Shown piece by piece: positions 47,292-60,451 of a stretch of 64,000 nucleotides of DNA. The notes below the pieces were generated by a model, which had not been told where the DNA came from, searched no databases, and worked only from the letters and a program-made list of their open reading frames with translations. Source of the stretch: Takakia lepidozioides (Eukaryota; Plantae; Bryophyta); contig CM060734.1 of the NCBI GenBank assembly GCA_030704615.1, positions 21,452,001 through 21,516,000 of the forward strand, in the 5' to 3' direction. Made by a program: the position numbers and the translations under genes. Positions within the stretch are counted from its first letter, which is position 1. Every line of letters starts with the position of its first letter.

Positions 47292-49616
47292 TTCTCTTAG
47301 TCTCTTGGAGCACCAATTCCTGTATCACAAGAAGTATGAAGCACACTGGAAGTTGTGTATACAGCAATTTCCAGTTTGCGGAAGAGAAGGTGAGGATTTC
47401 GCTCCTGGGTTTAAGTAGGGGTTCCTCTCTGTAGGTTTCTCCTCTAACTTCTCTCGAGGTTCTCGTGGAGGTAATTCTGTCCTGCTGGTTGCCTAGGTTT
47501 AAAGCGTAGTTAGCTTTAATTGCTGGGCCCAGGCTTACCAAGAAGCATTTAGCCTCAGGTAACGGTTTTGAGAAAACTTCATCCCTTTTGTGCTTGATTT
47601 TCTTCCGTTGGTTTTTTCTTCGTGATTTGTTTTGTTTAAAACTGATGGTCGTTGATGATTGTCCAGTTTCGGTCAGTTTATGTTCATCCCTCTGAGTTGT
47701 GGTCATCCACTTTGGTATGTGGTCCGTTTTTAGATGGGCGGCGTTAATCATGTATAAGGGCTTTGTCATGTATTCCTTGGTAGCCTTTTAACTTGTTAAT
47801 ATTAATTCGTCCCACGAATTCTTGTTCCAAGGTTTGCAAATCAACAGTTCCATTGTCATGTACCCTTTTGATTTGAAATGGTCCCATCCATGGCATTTTC
47901 AATTTTCCGCCCAGTTTGATCTTCTTGATTTTTGGTAACCATAATACAATATCCCCGTCCTGGAAAGATTTCTCTTTCCCTTCGGATATTCTTTTCCTTT
48001 GTTGTTCTTGGATCCGTGCCATATTATCTGCAGCATCTGCTCGAACTTCTTCCAGATGGAATAATTCATATTCCCTGACTTGTAATGATTCTTTTAAGCC
48101 CCATCATTCATGAGTTCCGGTTCGTAGTGTGGGTATTATACATTCAATGGGTAATAGTGCATCTGCTCCATACACCAGTTGAAATGGTGTATGCTTCGTG
48201 GTCACCTTGTATGATGTCCTGAATGCCCATAGTGCTGTGTTCAATTTGGTGTCCCAATCTGTACGATTGGCATTTACTATCTTGGTTAAGATAGTGCATA
48301 ATATTTTGTTGGTAGATTCGGCCTGACTGTTTCCTTGAGGATAGTAAGCAGTACTCTTGTGATGTACAATCATGAACTCTTCCGTCAAGCATTTTATAGC
48401 ATCATTTTATGAAGTGTGATCCCTAATCACTGACGAATTCCAGTGGGCAACCAAATCGTGTGATGATGTTTTCATATAAGAATTTGGCTGTTGATCTGGA
48501 AGTGTTGTCTCTTAGTGCCTTGGCCTCTACCCATTTGGTAGTGTAGTCAGTGGCTGTGAGGATGTATTGGTTTTGTGTGTACCTTGCTGGAGGTTTAATG
48601 GGTCCCATGAAGTATAGCCCCCAGCGCTGAAATGGTTCTGTTGGTAGTATTGGGTGCAGAGTCCCCTTCCCCGTTCGTTCTACTGGTCCCATCCTCTGGC
48701 AGACATCACACTGTTGACAGTGTTCATAAGTATCTCCAAATATAGTAGGCCACCTATAGCCTGCTAGTAATATTTTCTTTGCTGTCAGGTCCAAACTGAA
48801 GTGTCCACTTGCAATTCCTTCGTGTAGTTCTTGCATTACTGTTTTGGCTTGGTCTTTGTTTATACATCTTCTCATTATGGAGTCAATTCCTCTTTTGTAC
48901 AGAATCCCTTTGATTAATGTGTATGGCTTGCTTTTCATTGAAAGCTTCCTCTTGTCATCTTTGGTGTAACCTTCAGGAAATTTCCCTGTGTTCAGATAGT
49001 ATTTGATTGGCCATTGCCAATCATCATGATCTTGATCCTGAATATCTTCTGATTCTTCTTTGGTGACTATATAAGCTCCAATACTGATATTGGCCAATTC
49101 TTGATTGTTTGTTTCTTTGTTTTCCTTGTCATATTCTTCTTCTGGATCTGGCTCTTCTTCAATAATAAGTCCTTCATCAAGAGGTTCATCTTCATCGGAT
49201 GAATCTTCTTCTTCATCCGTGTCGTCCATAAGTTTGAGAGCATCTGGAAGGTCATAGTCTCCTTGAAACATTCCCAAAGCATTTATAGGATCTGTCTCTT
49301 CATCTGGTGCTTCTGGTTGAACAACAAACAGAAATGCATCGGGAAGTTGATCCTCTACCCCCGTGGCTGGTTCTCCTGTAGTAATCCTTGACAGATGATC
49401 TGCTGTAACATGTAATCTCCCTGGTTTATGAACAACTTCAAAGTCATACTCATGAAGAAGTAATAACCATCGAGCAACCCTGCCACTAGCTAGTGGTTGA
49501 TTTGCTAGATGAACTAGAGCCTGATGATCAACAATAAAGCGATTGCCAAGTAAATAATGCCGAAATTTTTGAACAGCATAAATCATTGCCAATGCTTCCC
49601 TTTCTGTGGTGCTATA

Positions 49617-50578
49617 TGTTAGAAGGCTGCTTGGGACTTAGACACTTTTACGGGATCTGTGGGGTACCCTTAATTTTTGCACAGACTGAGACCAACAGGA
49701 GCCTTAGGGGTGACAGCAGCGCACTTTAGGTGGGGGTTACACAGTCCGTCACAGCCAACACAGCCCGACACAGCCAGACACAGTCGTCACAGCCAATCAC
49801 AGCCCGACACAGCCCGTCACAGCTCGACACAGCCGCCACAGCTTCGCACAGCCCTACACAGCCCGACACAACCAGTCACAGTCCGCCACAGCCTTACACA
49901 GCCAGTCACAGCTTCGCACTGCTGGGGAACAGTTATCAATAGCAGGGAACGACTGTGAGGGAACGACATCTGCAAAAAGAACGTGTACTACAGGGATGAC
50001 GGTTAGTTAGGAAAGCGGTTAGAACAGCTTGTAGGGGGATAAAGTCAAGAAGGGGGACTTCTGGGGGGACTTCTGAAAGGACTTCGGGGAAGAGGATCAC
50101 GACTTGGAAATGAAGCGGAGAGCGGATCTTTGAGCGGAAAGAGGGTGAGCACGGAGTAGGAGGAGAACGATATGTTGATACTTGCTGAATGCAAGAAGTA
50201 GAGTTGTAATGTAGAGCAGAATAGAGACACCATGGCTTCAGCTTGATACTTGATAGATATTAATCTGATACATACTTCATACTCACACTGTGTAGAGAGA
50301 CCTGAGTGAAGCTGTGGAATGAATGGATGGAACTTGATAGATTTCTGAAGCAAACTGATACTTAATTGCAGATAGTAAGGTAACTCGTTAACATGAATGC
50401 GGGAAGGAGTACAAATAGGAAACACCCCCATGATACACTAGCTGTAGGTCATGACTGATTGTTCTGAGCGGGCTGAGTGCTTAGAGATTTCCAACTCTTC
50501 TATCTTGGAGTTCCCACCTCGGATAGCGAAGGGATGGGTGAGTAAAAGCCGCGCGACATTTGGCGACCATACTGGGGA
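49617..50578 (+). mobile_element. LTR family B (49617-50558) plus PBS; internal region deleted
   Basis: tgttagaagg...ccgcgcgaca followed by tttggcgaccatactgggg. It abuts family A RNase H on its left. Confidence 0.9.
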
Positions 50579-50595
50579 ACTGGGTCATGAACAAT

Positions 50596-52452
50596 TGTCG
50601 GGGATTCGTACACTTCTTGGACATGTGCCCGGGCTCCCCGCAATTAAAGCACACTCCATCGAAGGTCGCCTTCTGTCCGCCATAAGCCGCCGCACCTGGT
50701 TTCCTTTTCGGGGCACCGGATGTCGTCTTGACGTGTGAGGGCCATCCCTTCGATTTCCATGTGCCATTGTCGCCGCGTGGCCTATCCCACTTCTTTTCCG
50801 GTCGAAAGGAGTCACCTTCCCGCCGGACGTTCTTGTGGTTCAGCTCCGTACAGCCTTGTCTTTCGCCCCTAGGGACATCCGAGAAACATTCAGCCCTTTC
50901 AATTGCCTCGTTCAAAGTCTTAGGTGGCTTCTCCTCCAACTTCCGTCTGGCCCATGGGACCAGTCCCGCCACAAAGTTGAAGACCATTTCTGGTTCTGCC
51001 ATGTCCGCAACTTCGAGCAACAGCACATTGAAAGCCTGAACATATCCCCGAATGTCATCCGTTTGCTTCAAATTCCTCATCTTGTCCCGGGCGAGCCAGG
51101 ACGCGTTGAGGGGCACAAACTGTCTCTTCATGAGTTCCTTGAACCCACTCTAGTTCAAGGTCTCCGGGTTTGGTCCTCAGTTGTGAAGGAATTTCTGCCA
51201 CCATTGTTGAGCATAGCCCCTCAAATAGGTGGGAGCCACTTCCACCCGATCCTCGTCATCCAACTTGGCCACCCGGAAGTACTGCTCTAGCTCCAAGAGC
51301 CAGGTGTTGAGTACCTTCCGATTTCGGACGCCCTCGAAGGTGCCGGGTTCCTTAGGCTTCACCTTAAACTTTGCCTTAGTGGAAGTGACATTAGTCGCCT
51401 TCAACACGTCTTTCAACGTCCCACCAAACTGCGCCAACAACCCTTCCCAAAAGACTGCTGGCATGGGAGGCATCTGTTGGTCTGTCGGAGCTCTCAGGGA
51501 TTCCTCGGGCTCCGACTCCTCAGATTCCTCCCGTCCTTGAGCGGCCTCGCTTCCAAAGGCATGCATCGCTTCCTCAAATGGCCGCTTTGGTGACACGTCG
51601 CCCCCATCGGGCTCACCAGGATCATCATCTTTCGGGCCGTTCCGCTTTCGCTTTGGCTTGCCCGACCCCATGATGAGGCCGATCCCAAGGACAATCGCAT
51701 ACTGAACTCTAAGCTCTGATACCAAGTGTCGCGCACCTCACTTCGGTAAGCTCCCCTTCAAGTCATAGTTACTCGCTTGATGCGCGCGCCTAACTCCCAC
51801 ACTGGCCACCGGGCCAACTCGGAGCTTCGGCTGCTCACCGGGGCATAACGGTCCCCCTTTACTCCTCCACTAGACCCTCTCCCAATTTGGGCCTAGTGGA
51901 AATTCCCTTTGGTCGATGGCAGTCCGGAATAGCTCCCCACACCTTGGTCGCTTTCCGGCTCGCACGCTTACTCACTAGTTTTTGGACACCAACGGGCTTG
52001 CACCGTTCTCGGGGTTACTACTCCCTATATATACTTCTGCGACTGTCCGTGGGGGTTTCACAAACAACACCACCATTTTATGGCGAACCTCCACGAAAAC
52101 CCTTGATTCCCGGTGATGAGTCGCGGTGAGTCTTGGCCCACCCACCACGGTCCCCTTGGACTGTGATGAGTCCCAAGACTCCCCACGACTCCCACCACAA
52201 GGTCTCCGCCCCCATGGTGAGTCCTATGCCACCCCCACTAAGTCCCACTAAGCTACCACCACCCCTTGTGGAGCCACCCCCACCGCAACCCGGTGTGCGG
52301 GGCTCCACCTAGTGAGTGCCTCCGCCTCCTCGAGTGCTTTGGGCACTCGAGGTTGCTTCAGCCCCCCGTACCTATTGTTGCCACCGCCCCCCACCACAGG
52401 GGCAGCCCCTCTGTGACCCGACCCCCTGCCCTCAAGGCAAAGGGCCGCGACA
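50596..52452 (-). mobile_element. Ty3/gypsy family C (chromovirus-like gag): 5' LTR 51727-52452, tRNA-iMet PBS, gag truncated after the zinc knuckle
   Basis: PBS TGGTATCAGAGC at 51713-51724; gag KPKEPGTFEG...WLLELEQYF...LKQTDDIRGYV...CFNCGEPGHMSKKC. Confidence 0.9.
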
Positions 52453-53316
52453 CTGGTTGTACCATGTCTACTATCCCACTCAGCACAATCATGATTCTGG
52501 ATTAAAGATAGGTTCTGCCAAGGGTCTTGAGGTTACTATTGCTGATGGCACGGCGTATGTGCCTATGGGGTTGGTCACTCTGCCCATTCGTGTCAGTGGA
52601 AAAAATGTTGTGCTAACTTGTATTGTCACCATGGGGGAGCAGATGTTGCTTGGCCTTGATTGGATGAAGGGTGCATAGGCCAGCCTAGACATCATGAACA
52701 ATATCATGTGGTTACACAATGGGGAAGGTCAGCCTTACAAAGTAAGTCTGAACAATGTCACCCTTGCTGCTGGCACCTCCATGGCCAACTATTCTCGATT
52801 GAAGCTTGAAGTTGACCAGATGAGGGAGAACGTGGGCCTGCATTACAATTGGGCCAGGTTTAGTCAATTCTTAGCCCAGAGGGTTGTCTCTATCAATGGC
52901 AGTTTCCATCCCCTGGTAAGAAGGCTGGTCCTCCTCTATCTGTGGCAAAAAACACCATGCTTGTTCGTTCTCCCATTGACTTTATCATTCCTGCTTTTTC
53001 CCAACGTTTGGTACCTTCTGGACTGGCTTTTGCTTGCCCACAAGGTCATGAAGGATGGAGAAAACTTACATTGCAAAAGCACTGCCTTATTGCATCTGGT
53101 GTCCTTGATAGAGGTTTCAAGGGACAGGTCAGATTGCTGGTGGCTAACCCTGAGCGCATCAATATCATTATTAGGAAGGGCCAAGTCCTAGCTAGACTAA
53201 TTGCCTTACCCTTGTCTGAATTGGCCTTTGTTCAGAAGGGCCTCAGCTTTCATGATATTGGCTTGGTGGATTCCCCCATTGATCAGCTGCAGGCCTTTGC
53301 TGCACATAAGCACTAG
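52453..53316 (+). pseudogene. Family D copy 2: aspartic protease plus dUTPase-like domain, ending in a stop with no RT
   Basis: (D)TGCTMSTIPLS...LLGLDWM, then FIIPAFSQRLVPSGLAFACPQG...ASGVLDRGFKGQVRLLVAN...IRKGQVLARLIALP. Confidence 0.7.
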
Positions 53317-54798
53317 AAGAAAAAACGGGTTTTTCCACAGCTTTTTCCACACTTTTTGCTATGGAATGTGCCCAGTCCACACCTGCCGTGGGTGTAAGGA
53401 ACAACTAGTGCTTTCGGACACCCCGTGGACGGCCTGGCTCTCGGATGGCCCTGTGGAAAAATCCATACTGGGTTTTTCCACATGTTGCATGTGGGTGTGA
53501 AAAAAGCCATTCAGTGTGAAATCTGTTTTCACACCTTGTGCAAGTTTCAGGGCCACGTGTGCTTTGGCAAACACCGCCACGTGCATCTGGGGTAACACGT
53601 GTATTTTTGTGAGGACGACACGTGTATGCGTATGAATAGACGAAGTACATTTATGTAGAGATGACATCTGGCATGCATATAGGGGTCTACGCATGGCTTC
53701 ACGATGTGAACCCATAGTGTCGTGGAATCCACATATATGGACACGTGGCGTAATTCTGTAGCAACTCATGGTAGTGGGTGTGGAGTATTCTACTGCCTAT
53801 GCTGTAGCTCATTTCACATAACTGTGGAGGGTACCACAGGCAACCTATGGTTAATTTCACATATCTATGACGACATGGTGACATCATGGTGTGCATAATT
53901 CCACAGGCATCGTGATCAAATAACACAGTGTTTCTCAGCTCATGTGAAAACCATTGGGCGGGGCATTGAACACAGTTGGTGTTGGACATTGCATGTTGGG
54001 AGATTCGAATCTATACAGGTGTTCGGGTAACTGTGAGCGCCATGTGTTTTCTGATTAGAACTCTGGTACTTCTTGATATTTCTTGCGCGTGTGCTGAGTT
54101 ACTCATTCTGTGAGGGAAATGCAGTGTTTTCAACTTATGCACACACTTCAGAATTCAGGATTTTGGATTTCGACTGATTGGATTTGCTGGGCCATCAGCT
54201 CCCCGCCCGTTCATCACGTTGATTCTGGCCATGGTTTGGCTTCTAAGAGCTGTCCATGCCTCTCTTGGTGCGCTCCCTTCCTCCCTCTCCTTTCTCCTGG
54301 AACTCCCTAAATGGCCCCTGGAAGTTTAGGAATAAGTACCCCACAGGGTCTGTGTACTAAAGGATATGTCATAACCGGGGTTCCCGTTTTCCTGCATCCT
54401 GCCGTCTTGATCAATTTCTCTCCTTTGTCTTTATGTCATTTGGGTATCTTATACAGTACCTTCTTCACTATGTTCTGGGGAAAGAAGCTGTAGAGAACAA
54501 TCTCATTGCAAGGGTAACTTCCAGGGGTGTTGGATGGGAATATGCATGGGTTCTGAGGTTGAGTTAATCCTTGTCTGGGGTCCCACTAAAGCATACTTAT
54601 TTAGCAATTCCAGCACCAGAGAACTGGCTGGCATTTGCTCCCTAAGATCTGAGAAGGGGATCAACTGGAATGATTGGTCCTGTTGAGATGATATTTGTCT
54701 GCTTCGGATGCCACACTTCTGGCATGATACCCTTTCATTTTCAGGCACCTGTTCTTGGCAGGATTGTACTCTGTCGAGAAGATTGTTGTCATATACTA

Positions 54799-57700
54799 AT
54801 GAAGTGAGATGCACTTCAGTGGCTGCAGTTCCATCAACATACTATTTCACGTTGCCAGGCACCTACACAGTGGGACGAAAAGGTGAATAGTCTTTTCATT
54901 ATGGTGAAAAAGTAATCAGAATGAGCGGTAGTCAGGCTGTAGAATATCACCTTGCTGGTGGATTTGCACTTTGGTTTACTATTACCTTATGTGTAAATAC
55001 ACTGGCACGGAAGATGTGGCAAGAATTTAAAAAAAGAAATGGGTGTGCAAAAAGACCTTTACCCGATCCTTTTTCCATCAGTGTTATTGGCATAATTGGG
55101 GGATCCATGGTGATGATGAAAACGTGCGAAGGTGCAGATTGTAGCATCACAATTCTCTCTGACAAGTCCATATCTCGTGTACATGCGCACCTTATTATTG
55201 AGGCAGCTACCACACCAGACAGAGATGTGGAGGAGATTGCACAAATACTGCGCATGCCATTGAGAGTCAAGGACCTCTCCAAATTTGGAACATATGTCAA
55301 CAAGGAAATGGGCTCTCAGCCTGTGGTCTCCACACCTGGTTCTGAAGCTATACTAAAGGAAGGCGACCTAAAACCTTTGGGGCCAACAAGACTACTTTCA
55401 GGTTGGTTTTCCAGAGTAACCTTGGGCCTCCTCCCATGTGTTGCATGACATGTGCAATGCTAGTGCATTTTTGGCCTCTACTTGACTTTCTGCTCTCAAC
55501 CTTTGTGTCATTCAAAGGATAGCAGTAACGTTGGAGGATGTGCAAATTCTGAGGCTTTCTGTACCACTCCTTTTTTTTTGCAGGGTAGAATTTGTTCCCT
55601 TGTATCTGTGTCCTTCCCCAGCTAACCAAAGCAAAAGAGACGAGGCCATCAAGGCTGTGGCTGCCATTGGTGAGAGTCCTGTGGCCAGTGCATCTACGGA
55701 TGCAATCATGGAGGAGATGGATGCTGAAGACCTTCATGATACTGCCGCCATGGACCCTCCAAAGGTAGGGCTGGTTGGAACCGTAATTTTTGTGAGAGAG
55801 AGATACATTGGGCATGTGTTCCGTGGGCATGCAGACAGAGCTCCAATTCTCACCAACAATGAGTTGCATGTGCTGGTAGGACTTGACCTTGAGGCCCGGG
55901 GCAAGGACATAGGCAGGATATTCAAGGGCGGACGATGTTGTTATTCTTGTGTTTTCCTCACTGTTATCCTCTTTCTGCATCCATATGTGCTTGTCTCGAA
56001 GGGTTACCCGCAGTTCTCATTAACTTTTTATTTAAAGCTGTTTATTGCAATTTGTTATTAGGTTTAGCTGGAAAGCTTGTGTGCTTGGACTGGTAGATCA
56101 GACCAGTACAGGTTGTGCAGTGTCTGCTTTGCTGTCCTCCAGATTGCACGTGAAAGTATGTGAGAATCACAAAGTTGAACTTGACTAGCTAGCTCAGTGC
56201 ATTTATTACTGCTATAATCATGTGGAACATTGCAGGGGCTTATGCTGTTGAAAAGTGGAAAGAGGATTGCACACATGTGCTGGTGGAGGATGATTCAGCT
56301 GTAAATGAGGCAGTCACCTCAAGCAAGCCTGTGGTCCAGCTAGATTGGCTCCAGGTCCATTTCCTTGCCTTCTCCATAGAGTTCCATGTGCTTGAGCTCT
56401 TGACAACTCGAGAAGGATATTGCGTGGGCGACTGCGTCATGTCAATGTATGTTGATCTATGGTAAGCAATGATTTGTGGTTGCTCCTGTACACGAGCATT
56501 ACATTACTGTTTGCTAGTTTCATACCCTGGTAGTTGTGAAACACAGAACCAGCTCCAGAAGGATGTAATACCAGAGGTATGCACAAAGGGGTAGGTCTTA
56601 GTCAACTGCATCTCCAGGGCATCTCCAGGTGCCTGTGGTTGTTAACATCAAGGAAGTTTGTAGGGTGGAGGCTGCTCCCATGTTTACATTGTACATCACC
56701 GAGTTGAGTCTCGACTTCCGTCGATGCTATCTGAGTCTTCCTCTTGGTTGTCAGGCTATTGTTGCTCAAAGCTCCCCAAGCAATGATCTCCCTTCTTTGT
56801 CCAGGTGAGATGCAAACTCCACACTAACGTAGTTTGGTTTTCGCCACACTCCCGTCACGTCGACACTGATGTCATTGACAATGATGGCAGTATGAACATG
56901 GGGCAATTCTGGTTCTTCTCATTGAAGCTGGTGGTGGATGTGTGGAATTAATTTCCAGCAAATCCAACAGCCCTCATGCAGGCAGGCACTGCCACATATT
57001 GCGCTTGATACTGTTTGTCTGTGCTGCATACGCAATATGGCCCGCTTTAGCTGTGATTGGTTTTACAGGCCTCTGTTTTACCTGGCAATATAGTATAGCT
57101 TACCAGCTCTACCTTTTCAACCTAACTTAATCTTTACCAAACACAGGGAGTCCTGAGGGTTATTCCAGTATCCTACGGAGCTTGAATTATAGGGTGCTTT
57201 GAACTTGCTTTTCTCAAGCAGGTGAAGGATCAGGTCAGCAGCTGGTAGTGCAGCCAAGGGATGGCCGGAGTGCAGAAGGCATGAGGGCAGTTGGACACCT
57301 GCCGCGCACTGCTGAAGAGAAGGTCGTGGTGGCAGTGCTTACAGGCCACCTTGATGTGGTGGCATTGCAACTTCCTGCCAGCCAGTACGTCAGTACTCTT
57401 TTGAGTCCCCTGAAGCATTAATTCACACACCTGATGAAGATTTCTAAGGTTGTGGTGGAAAGAATGGTTGGCAACCTTTCCAGCCAATAGGGAAAGTTGT
57501 GACTAGCGCCTTGTGCCTCGTGGTTGGTCAAGCTGGCCACAGCAGCTTTTCTTTGTGGTTCTTTGAACTATAGGCTTGGCAACTTTTTACATGAGCATGT
57601 GCATGGCCTTGTAAAGATGGTTAATGCAGCTGAACTCCACATTGAGCACAACAAGCTGCTGCACTTACGCCAGCCCCTTTGCAACAGCAAGCCTCCAGGC

Positions 57701-58000
57701 AATCTATTACTGGTCATCTCTCTTCACCCGGTTCTTTGGAGGGTAGTCAAATGTCAGGCAGAAACACAGTGAGAGGTGCAGCTGTGAGAAAGGCCAAGCA
57801 AGAGCAGTCCAGGGAAGGATTGACGAGGTCACCAGATCTTAGGCCATTTGCTGGAAGGGAGGGGCGCTTTCTGACAGTGTCAACCTCCCAGGCTGGCATC
57901 AAGCAAGAGGCAAGCAACCTTGCTGAAGATGTTAGTGAAACAGTTAAGGCAGACATTGTCTACAGCACTCCGTGCTGTATTTGCTCGGTAGAGTGTTCCT
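54799..58000 (+). pseudogene. NBS1: Nibrin/NBS1 homolog (FHA + BRCT), multi-exon, apparently disrupted
   Basis: YYFTLPGTYTVGRK|..DCSITILSDKSISRVHA...VKDLSKFGTYVN (FHA); exon VEFVPL...AAIG; exon CTHVLVE...KPVVQLDWLQ (BRCT); DIVYS near 57955. Frameshift at about 55370 and a damaged start. Confidence 0.8.
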
Positions 58001-59119
58001 GCCGATAATGTGTATTGCTGCAGTGTCAGTTGGTCTGATTGCACACAGTTGAGCATTACATCATTGAGTTCTTGTGTCTTCATTGCCTTTAACACCATGA
58101 ACAAGATGCTGTTGCAAATAGACGATTTGTAACACCGTACACTGACCATTGTCATCTGGGATGCAGAGCTGTGCTTACTGGAATTTTATCGTTCGTCCTT
58201 CACCACTTAAAAGAGTCACATTCCTATGTCAGTAGCTACAGTAAAGCTCAATCTTGCAAAATGTGGTTAATAATACAGAGAGCAGTGGAAATTATTTACC
58301 AAAATCATTATACAACTAGAGTCCAAGACTCAAAAGGTCATTTGCTGCATGCTTGTGTTGCAAACCTGGCTGCAAGGGTAAGTCATCTCTGCAATGACTG
58401 TGGGCACACATCCTGTACTATGTACTGATTGCAACTACTAAGAAGACGAATATGAGTAAGGAGTTGAAAGACAAGGGCAGCACCCAGATAAAATCTGATT
58501 GCATCTTGCCTGCTTGCAGCTAAAGCAATTTAGTTACGGTAGAAGTGTGAGATCATGCTCATTGCATTGCTGGCATGACAGCTATGACACAGCTTGACAA
58601 ACCATCAATTTCTATCCACACAAGCCTTTCACTTACAACCACACAGCTGGGTTACATGTAAAAAGCAACCAAAAAAACAACTCCCACTTACTTTAGAGAG
58701 AATGTCAAAAACTAAATGCAGACATTATCCTAAGGGCCTGAATTAAGACTGTACTACCATATGGTGGCAATGCCAGGCTACAAATGAAATGCCATACTAA
58801 GGAGCAAAGTGAGTACTGAAGGACCTCTCCTCTAGTAGTATCCCCTGACAAATTTACTAGCAAAACTGGAGTAGAATCAATTCAAAAACAGCTTGTCAAT
58901 TTTCGTCTCAAAGGGAGAATCCAAAGGGATACTCTCCCAACTACACAGAGTACTGAATACACTATCTATACATGGGGTTCTGTCTTGTCAGTTGACCCCT
59001 TTAATCTCCTCTTAATTGCTATGTTACACCAACAAAGTGAGGTGGAATATAGAGTTCATGAACTCCTTGTAATGAGAAGACTTTGTCCTATCAGTCTTGT
59101 TGCTGCTGTTGTTGACCCT

Positions 59120-60451
59120 TTACTTCTTAAGGTCCAGTATAAGCGCCTTGGTGATCTCCACTGCAAGAAGGGCATTCTTCATGGCGAATTCTACATACTC
59201 CTTTGAGAAAAGGACATCCTCGTAGCTTTTCAGAATCACACTGATGGCTGTCTCTTTTAGGGATGTGGCAGAGGTGAGAGTTGCCAGCTCCAGAATCTCC
59301 AAGACATTTGAAGGACAGACAGTGCTTGCTATAAAAGCCTCACATACCTTACTCAACACCTGGATGTCATACTTGTCTGCAGCTATCAAGAGTGCATGAC
59401 CATGCTCTGCCATGGCGTCTGCAGGAATTTCAGCACAGTACAAGAACTCAAGCAAGTATTTCAATTGATCGTGGCTCAGCTCCTGTATATGAACTGGTCC
59501 TGTGTGCACTTCCTTCATCTGGTCCGCCTCAAACATTGCTTTGAATACAGATGATTTTGCTGCCTTTAGCCATACGTTTGCACCATTCCAATCCATGTGG
59601 TAAGACAATCAAGAACTATAATCAATACCGGATGTAGGAGCTGCTGAAATGCATATACACAGCACTTGGGGGAAAAGAGATTCTGGTCGAAAACCATAAG
59701 ATGTCCTTCTGCGTTGGTTATTGTAATGACGCTACACAATTATATCCTTTGCTATCTTACAACCCAATCAGTTCAAAAACCATAACCGATTCTTTCACCC
59801 TCATGGTTTTCCTGGGGTGGTCAACATCAAGGGGTGGAGAAATTATAGGGATCATAAACAGTTTAAGCTTTGCAAAAGCTCACAATGTCATATAAGGGGC
59901 AAATCGTGTACATCCGCTAAATATGCACTCAGATTTGCTTGCGTAGCCCTACGGCGGCGTACCGCCTGCTGGAATGAACACTACCGTGCGAGGGAGGGAG
60001 GGAGGGAGGGAGGGAGGGAGGAGGAGAAGGGGTTGGAGAAAATGCAGCAGATTGTCTTTCAATTTGAGGGAGGCTACTACATATGGGCAAGGGGAGGTTT
60101 GCTGACCATGACAACGCGGTGCGCATGAATGGACAGGCCATCGTTGGTTACAAGCTCGACATCGGAATGCATCCCATCTCGAAACGCTTCCACCAACGAC
60201 TCAAGAAACTCCAGCTTCTCCGTCGCTTCCACTTCCATCCCCTCCAGTTGCTGAATCTGCTTGAAAGCATGCGTGAGGCCCTGAGGCACAAGTTCCTTGG
60301 ATTTATCACACTCTCCATCATCGCGGCACACTTGCTCAAGCTTCCTGCTCAGATCCAGTATAGATCGGGCACCCTCATAACAGCTCATGCATATGGTGTT
60401 GCGTGGTGGCCGGTACGAGTTCCCGATGGCACTGCACAGACAGCAATCCAT
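59120..60451 (-). CDS. BTB/POZ domain protein, At3g56230-like; exons 60451-60107 and 59563-59120 (about 262 aa)
   Basis: MDCCLC...RPPRNTICMSCYEGAR N-terminus; SDVELV...IHAHRVVM|AAKSSVFKAMF...LLEFLY...LLIAADKYDI. A GT-AG phase-0 intron joins the frames cleanly. Confidence 0.92.
59990..60025. repeat. (GAGG)n microsatellite in the BTB intron
   Basis: gagggagggagggagggaggg visible directly. Confidence 0.9.

Larger units (their letters stand above)
43348..49616 (-). mobile_element. Ty3/gypsy family A, copy 2, 3' half (RH, INT, extra 3' ORFs, PPT, 3' LTR)
   Basis: RH YSTTEREALAM...DHQAL; INT HEGIASGH...CDVC, FGCPLEFVSD, YPQGNSQAE, WMGPF; poly-G PPT at about 44221-44240; LTR 43348-44220. Confidence 0.92.

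Noticed and set aside
33002-50558. Inverted family B LTRs as TIRs of a large DNA transposon
   Set aside because: Each has TG..CA ends and its own PBS, so they are independent LTR insertions.
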